A DNA stretch of 14,266 nucleotides from Candidatus Krumholzibacteriia bacterium. Lineage in GTDB: Bacteria; Krumholzibacteriota; Krumholzibacteriia; LZORAL124-64-63. Each line of letters begins with the position of its first letter. Positions within the stretch are counted from its first letter, which is position 1. Positions 1 to 7,100 of the stretch are shown piece by piece. The position numbers were made by a program, and so were the translations under genes. The notes beneath the pieces were generated by a model. That model worked only from the letters and a program-made list of their open reading frames with translations. It had not been told where the DNA came from and did no database searches. The stretch covers positions 1 to 14,266 of the forward strand of contig JAWOID010000077.1 of assembly GCA_046484865.1 (NCBI GenBank). The letters are read 5' to 3'.

Positions 1-1135
1 CGACCTCTGCCTGGACCAGGATATAACCCGTAAAGGAATCCTTGATCAGGTCGTCCATGAGGCCCTTCACCTGCGATTCGCCACCGCTCCTGGTGAGCTC
101 GATAGTCCCCCTTTCCCGAAGATCGAGCTTGGCGTGCGTCATACCGTCAGGCAGCGCCAGTCTCGCGTCGAAGACGTTCGAGGGCGGCCAGGGCGGCAGC
201 GCGACCTCACCCAGACCGGGATCCAGGCCATCGGTCGCCGAGGGATGGATACCGATCCGCGCCTGGTCGGTCTCTGCGGCGTTGTTGGAGACATCCAGAC
301 GGATGCTCCAGTTCGGCAGGCCCCCGGCCAGGACGGAGACCAGGAAGTCCTGGTCGTCTTCCAGTCCGCCCGGATCCATTGCGCGCAGGTTGAAGAGCCG
401 CGATCCGGTCCAGCCTGCCGGGGCCTCGATGGACAGGATGCGGTCAGGCGAGATCGTGATCCACGGTGGCGCTTCCCCGGTGACGAACCAGGCGAGGTCC
501 TCGACAGGATCGTCCGCGTCGATGACATGCTCGTCCAGGGCCACTGTCGCAAACTGCTGCCCGGAGAAGACCGAGAGGTCAGGGATCGCGGGCGTTATCT
601 GCGGCGGCGACGGCGGTACGGTGCCGGGCAGGACCACGATGTCGAGGCGTTTGATATAGGACTGCCCCGAAGGAATCAGCAGGCTGTCGACCGTGGCCAT
701 GTCGAAAGGAGGAATGAGCGTTCCGGTGTATCCGTCCTGCATCGTGAAGGTGGCATGGGGCAGAGCCGTCGCGTCCCAGCACACGACGATGGGATACCCG
801 CCGTCGCCGGGCTGCCACTGGATCCGATGGGTGCGCTCGGTCGGGGTGTCGCTGCGGATGTCGAGGTGCAATCCCTCGATCCCGTCGATCAGGAACCGGG
901 CTTCGAAGACGGATGATGGCGGCCAGGGCGGCAGGCCGACCTCGCCAAGGTGAGGATCCACCCCGTCGGTGCCGCCGGGGTGGATGCCGAGTTCGAGTAT
1001 CTGACTTGCGCCGCCGTGGTTGAAGACCGTCAGCGGCATGATCCACTCCTCGGCCCAGGCCGCAGACTGGAGCGCGCAGGCCGTCATCGTCAGGGCCGCC
1101 AGGCGCGAAACAATGGTCCAGCGTAGCGTTCGCAT
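1..1135 (-). CDS. Secreted multi-module protein, truncated by the window edge (>378 aa): signal peptide, GEVxLPPxPPS module, cadherin/Ig-like domain, second module copy
   Basis: Not in the ORF track because there is no stop in the window; translated by hand. ATG at 1135-1133 is preceded by TGAGGGGGTGAAGACC (RBS overlapping the upstream stop). The frame is open to position 1: MRTLRWTIVSRLAALTMTACALQSAAWA|EEWIMPLTVFNHGGASQILELGIHPGGTDGVDPHLGEVGLPPWPPSSVFEARF...WQPGDGGYP...PQITPAIPDLSVFSGQQFATVALDEHVIDADD...GEVALPPWPPSNVFDARL. Sec-type signal ends in AWA. Confidence 0.9.
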   Translation of the reverse strand, partial: MRTLRWTIVSRLAALTMTACALQSAAWAEEWIMPLTVFNHGGASQILELGIHPGGTDGVDPHLGEVGLPPWPPSSVFEARFLIDGIEGLHLDIRSDTPTERTHRIQWQPGDGGYPIVVCWDATALPHATFTMQDGYTGTLIPPFDMATVDSLLIPSGQSYIKRLDIVVLPGTVPPSPPQITPAIPDLSVFSGQQFATVALDEHVIDADDPVEDLAWFVTGEAPPWITISPDRILSIEAPAGWTGSRLFNLRAMDPGGLEDDQDFLVSVLAGGLPNWSIRLDVSNNAAETDQARIGIHPSATDGLDPGLGEVALPPWPPSNVFDARLALPDGMTHAKLDLRERGTIELTRSGGESQVKGLMDDLIKDSFTGYILVQAEV

Positions 1136-1148
1136 GGTCTTCACCCCC

Positions 1149-4100
1149 TCACTTGACCAGCGTCATCTTGCGGTTCAGCACGGTGCTCTGGCTGTTCAGG
1201 CGATAGATGTAGGTACCGGACGCGACCCTGGCTCCCGTGTCGTTCCTGCCGTCCCAGATGACCTGATGGCGGCCGGCCTCCACCTTTTCCGAGACGAGCA
1301 CGCGCACGCGACGGCCGGCGAGGTCGAAGACTTGCAGCTCGACCTGCCCGGCGACCGGCAGATCGTAGTGGATGGTCGTCATCGGGTTGAAGGGATTGGG
1401 GACACAGGGATGCAGAGCCAGGACCGTCGGCAGGTCGTTCTGGGTCGACGTCAGGTTGATCTCGATCCTGATGCCCTCGAGCGCCGCAAGGGCTTCGTCG
1501 ATGACGAATGTATCCCGTTTCTTCATGTCGATGCGGCCGAGGATGCTCCCGCCCAGAGTGTCGGTCAGCGCCGCCGCGCAATCCGCAGGCAGCATGTCCG
1601 GCTGCCAGGAAAGCGTCACCGGCAGCCGGCCGGTATGACCCTGCCATGCAACCTCATAGACGAGTAGATCGGCATCGGCGTCGCGCAGGTCGCGCAGCAG
1701 GCCGTTGCTGCCGGCCGACACCAGGCGGGCATCGAAGATGTTGCTGGGCGGCACAGGCGGCAGCGCGACCTCGCCGAGCGCGGTGTCGCAACCGCCGGTC
1801 GCCCCGACGGCGGCCCCGAGCAAAAGGACCAACTGTGCTTCTACAGCGCCACTGGTCGGCCTTACGACCAGTGGCATTTCCCAGACGGTCTCGGCCGCCG
1901 CGTCCACGGGCGCTGCCGATGCGAGGGGATCGCTATCCTTATCGGCCGCGCGCTTGAAGGCGTCGAGGTCGATCGTGATCGTGCTGGGCATGCTGAGGTC
2001 GATCCAGTAGCCCTGCCCCGGCTGCAGTTCGCTGACCTGGTGGTAGCCCAGGTTGTAGCCGAAGACCGACTGGATGGCGCCCGGAGGCGACTGGGCGATG
2101 TCCGCCACCGCGAAGGCGTTGTAGGGCGCGCCGATCATGCTCCAGCCCGCCGGCAGCGAGAGCTGGATGCGGCGCACCTGGTTGCCGGTGTGCACGACCG
2201 TGGTGTCGGCCGGCATGTCCAGCCAGAATCCGCGTCCCTTCGCCAGCAGATGAGCCTGGACGTAGTTGCCGTCGAACCCGAAGGCCGAGCGGGCGCTCGG
2301 GAACAGGACCGACAGCGAGTCGCTCTCGGTGGCGATGGGTCGCGAGACGATCTGCCAGCTCCCGTTGAGTTCATGGGTGAACGAGCTGAGCACCGTCGTC
2401 CAGACGGTCAGCTCGGTGATGTACTCCATCCCGACGGGAACGATGTACTCGCTCACCGCCGCCATGTCGAGCGTGTCTTTCAGGGCCGTGCCGATGAGGA
2501 AGGTTCCCGACGGAAGCGATCCCGGATTCCAGCTCACGGTCACGGGGTAGCCCGCGTCGCCCGGCTGCCACTGCATCGTGAAAGCGTCCTCGATGTTGTA
2601 GTAGTCGTGGATGTTCACGAGCGAGCCCTCGGTGCCCAGCGCCTGGAAGCGCGCATCGAAAATCGAGGATGGCGGTAGCGGCGGCAACGCGACCTCACCG
2701 CTCTGCACGTCGAGGCTGTCGGTCGCGCCGATGGCCGCGCCGAAGGTCAGGACGCCGCTGTTGCCGGGGCCGCCCAGAGCGTTGGCAACATCGAGATCGA
2801 CCGCCCAGATCGGCTCGATGAACGGCACCCCCTCACCCGACACGCGCACGTGGGAGACGGTCTGGGTGCAGTGTATGATGACGACCTCGTTCTCGACCGC
2901 TTCCTGGGTCGGACAGTAGGCGACCTGCATGGTGCGGGCCTCGCCCGGGAGCAGGTCGAAGGGGCCGACCTCCTTGGCCACTTCGCTGATCGTGAAGGCC
3001 GCGTTCGTCGTGTAGACGATCACGTTGCGCAGGGTGTCCGCATCGGTGACGTTGGTCAGTTCGAAGGTCTCGTGGGCGCACTTGCCGATCGCAACGCGCC
3101 CGAAGGCGAAGTTGTCGGGCGTGAGGCTGAAGTACTCCTGGAAGACGCCCGGGGTCACGTTGTCCCACAACGCCAGGCCGTGCACGGTCGAGGCGGCGGC
3201 CAGGTCGAGCGAACCGTTGAGGGTGAAATCGGCCACGCAGAGGGCCTTGTAGATGTTGGTCGTGGCCGGGTGGTACCAGTAGTTCCAGTGCAGGTTGCTG
3301 GTGCCGATCCAGACGTTGACGCCCCCGAATAGGTTCGAGGCCGCCAGATCGAGGCGGCCGTCGTTGTTCAGATCGGCCAGTCTGATGTCGCCGAAACGTC
3401 CCGTGGTCACGGGTCCGGCCAGGGGCGACCAGATTCCGTCGCCGTCGTTCAGGAAGACGCTGATGCCGACGGACGTTATGTCCGAGCCCGCGGCGATGTC
3501 GTAGAAACCGTTCTTGTCGATATCGCCCAGATCGAGGCCGTAGAAGGCCTGCCCCGAGCCCAGAGGCGCACCCTGGGTCCAGGTGCCGTCGGCCGCGCCG
3601 TACCAGATATGGATGCCGAGATACTCGGCGTTGGTCGCGACGATGTCGAGATAGCTGTCGTTGTTCAGGTCGGCGGCGGCGATCTTGTTGTAGGTGTTGG
3701 TCATGATCGGGCGCTGGCCGGTCGTCCAGTAGCCCGTGCCGTCGCCGTGGAAGACCCAGATACCGCCGTTGTTGACCGATGCGGCGATGATGTCCAGGTG
3801 CATGTCGTGGTTCACGTGGGCGAACTTCACGTCGCTGACGCCCGGGCCGCTGAGCGGAGCGGCGACCTCGGTCAGCCCTCCCTGACCGTCGCCGGCGAAG
3901 ACCCGGATGCCCGTTGCGGTGCCCACGACGAGGTCGTCTTGGTCATCGCCGTTGAAGTCGCCGACGTCTAGCGCGAGCACCTGCCCCGACGTGATCGGCG
4001 AGGCCACCGCTTCCCAGCTCTCGAAACCGGTGCGCCGGTAGATCTCCAGGCCATTGCTCGCGGTGCCGGTCGCAAGATCCAGAAGGGGATCGCCGTCCAG

Positions 4101-7100
4101 GTCGAAGATGACGACGCTCGTGTAGTTGCCCGTCGTCGTGGGCGAGTTGAACGAGACCCAGGGATTGTCGATCGAGCGGCTCAGCCAGGGGTCGAACAGG
4201 ACGTTGTCGCTGACACCGTTGCCCAGCCCTTCTCCGACGCCGCCGGGTCCGCTCGCATGGCCCCACCACACGCCGCGGGCATCGACCGTCGCCGCGGTGT
4301 TCAGGTTCTCCAGGCCGAAGGCGTTTTCATAGACGTCGCAGTGCGTGAAGGTCAGTTCCGCATTCAAGCCCACACTGACGGCGCGGCCCAGGTTGTTGCG
4401 CACGATGCAGCCGTTGAACGAGCCGTTGAACACGGCATTGTCGATCGTCAGGGCGGGAACGTTCCCGCTTCCCCCGTAGGAGATGACGGCCCAGCCGAGC
4501 AGGGAGCCCGAGTGCGCGCCGTTGAAGTGGATCCGCCCCCAGTCTCCGGCGGCGGGGATGGTGTTGACGCCGTCGAGGTTCGTGTCGCCGCCGTAGTTGT
4601 CGTCCTTGAAGGAGGTGAGGACGACCTTCTTGACGGGATCTCCCAGGGCGTAGAGGCCGCCGTTGACGACCAGCGAGTGGGCACCGTTGAACTTCACGAC
4701 CGTACCCTTGTGCAGGATCAATGTGGCACCGGAGGCGATGGTCGTCGTGCCGTTCATGACGTAGGTGTAGGTGTCGGGCCACTCGTCATCCTGCGTGATG
4801 CTGCCGGCCATCATGCCGATGGAATTGTCCCAGCCGCTGGCTGTTTGCGTGTTGTCGTTGGCGATCTCGCCCACGAGGTTTGGGTGCATGTAGAAACCAA
4901 ACTGACCGTTGCCTGTCGCGAGGCAGCCCGAGATGAGCGCCGATGGTTCGGCGCACCACAGCCCGTGCCCCTCGTTATCGCGGATCTCGGAGTTGATAAA
5001 CTGGAAATCAGAGCCGGCATTGACCCTGACCGCATAGGGGAAGCTGCCGGTGCTGCCTCCGGTCCGCTCGACGAGGCAGTCGGTCATGGTCAGGCTGGCG
5101 CCCGTGCCGCTCATGACGAGCGCTTCGCGGTAGTTGCTGCCCAAACCATACGCGCTGCCCGCAAAACGCATCCGGCAGTATTGCATCGAGGAGCCGGCGT
5201 TGGTGTTCGTGAAGGTGATGTTGCGCCAGTCGCCGTGTACGCCACTACCGGACCCATCACCGTTCGTATCGCCCCCGTAGGTGTCGTCCCGGTAGGAAGT
5301 GAAGACGATCGGGTCGGCGCCGGTGCCGTTGGCGAGCAGGCGGCCATTGACCGTCAGGCCGTAACCGCCACTGAACTTCAGGATGGCGCCCGACTCCAGG
5401 GCCAGGTCGATGTCCGAGGGGATCGTGATGTCGCCGAAGATGCAGTAAGGGTGCTCGTCGATCCAGAGCGTACCGGCCGGAATGTTGCCGCTCAGGACGC
5501 CGACCGGATCGTCCGTCTGCACCTGGTTGCCGCTCTGCCAGGCCTGGGTGATGATCTGGGTAGGCAACACGAAGCCGCACATGTTGTTATCGGCGGCCCG
5601 GTTGTCGCTGAACTGCACGGGCAACTGGTTCAGCTGCAATCCGTGCCCGCCATTATTGAGCAGCGTATCGGCCACGACCTGCGCCCCGCCCGCGTCAAGG
5701 TAGAGCCCGGTGCTGCTGTTGCCCGTGATCCGGCAGTTGCGAACGATGGCTCCGGAGGCGTTGGATTGGGCGCCGATATGGCCGTTGTCGGTGACCTGAG
5801 AGTTGAGGAGGGTCAGGGCGCCTTGGGTGTAGATCCCATAGTACCCGTTGTTACGGATCACGCTCTCGGAGATCTGGAGGTTCGTGCCCGTAAGGCCACA
5901 GATAGCTGCGTTGCCATAATTGCTATGGGCGGAGAGGCGAGGCCTGCCGAACTCGACCAAGCAGTTCGACATGGAAAGGGATGTGCCGGTACCGGATAGG
6001 TAGATGGAAGGATTGGTGTAACGCCAGGGGCCAACGTCGTAGCCTAAATAGCTCTGCCCCCCATACCTGACCACGCAGTGCTGCATCTGGCAGCCGGCAT
6101 CGGCATCGAGGAACCACAGCCAGTTCCAATCCCCCGGCGCCCCGCTGCTGGGCCCGTCGCCGTTCGTATCCCCGCCATGATCGTCGTCCTTGTACGACGT
6201 GATGACGATCCTGTCCTCGGCGGTGCCGTTGGCGATCAAGGTGCCGTCGATCGTGACGCTTGTGTTGCTGTTCATCTTGAGTATGGCACCGGGTTCGATG
6301 TTCCAGGTCACCTGGTTCGGTACGGTGATGTTGCCGGAAACATAGTAGGCATGCTCGTCGATCCAAATCGTGGTCTGGGGTATCGAGCCGGCGTACACAT
6401 TGATGGCGTTGCCGCGGCCATTGCCGCTCATCTCGCCGGTTGTCCAGATCTGGTGGACAATGTCGGACGGCACACGGAATCCCCAGCCCGCGTTGTCGAC
6501 GCTGATGTTCTCGGAAAAAGCAGACGGCAGGTTAGGGCAGTATAGCCCGTCGCCGCCATTGTTCATGAGGGTGTCGGCCACGACCTGCGCCCCGCTCGCA
6601 GCGAGGTAGAGCCCGGTGCTGCTGTTGCCCGTGATCCGGCAGTTGCGAACGATGGCTCCGGAGGCGTCGGATTGGGCGCCGATATGGCCGTTGTCCGTGA
6701 CCTGAGAGTTGAGGAGGGTCAGGGCGCCTTGGGTGTAGATCCCATAGTACCCGTTGTTACGGATCACGCTCTCGGAGATCTGGAGGTTCGTGCCGGAAAG
6801 GCCACAGATGGCTGCGTTGCCATAACTGCTAGAGGTGCCGAGGCGAGGCCTGCCGAACTCGACCAAGCAGTTCGACATGGACAGGGAAGTGCCGGTACCG
6901 GATAGGTAGATGGAAGGATTGGTATAACGCCAGGGGCCAACGTCCAAGCCTAAATAGCTCCGCCCCCCATACCTGACCACGCAGTGCTGCATCTGGCAGC
7001 CGGTATCGGCATCGAGGAACCACAGCCAGTTCCAATCCCCCGGCGCCCCGCTGCTCGGCCCGTCGCCGTTCGTATCCCCGCCATGATCGTCGTCCTTGTA

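Noticed and set aside
42..1046. Track ORFs 42-659, 134-916, 139-552, 579-1046, 693-953
   Set aside because: The real gene is the stop-less minus-strand frame from 1135, which has an RBS, a signal peptide and homology to modules in the neighbouring gene.
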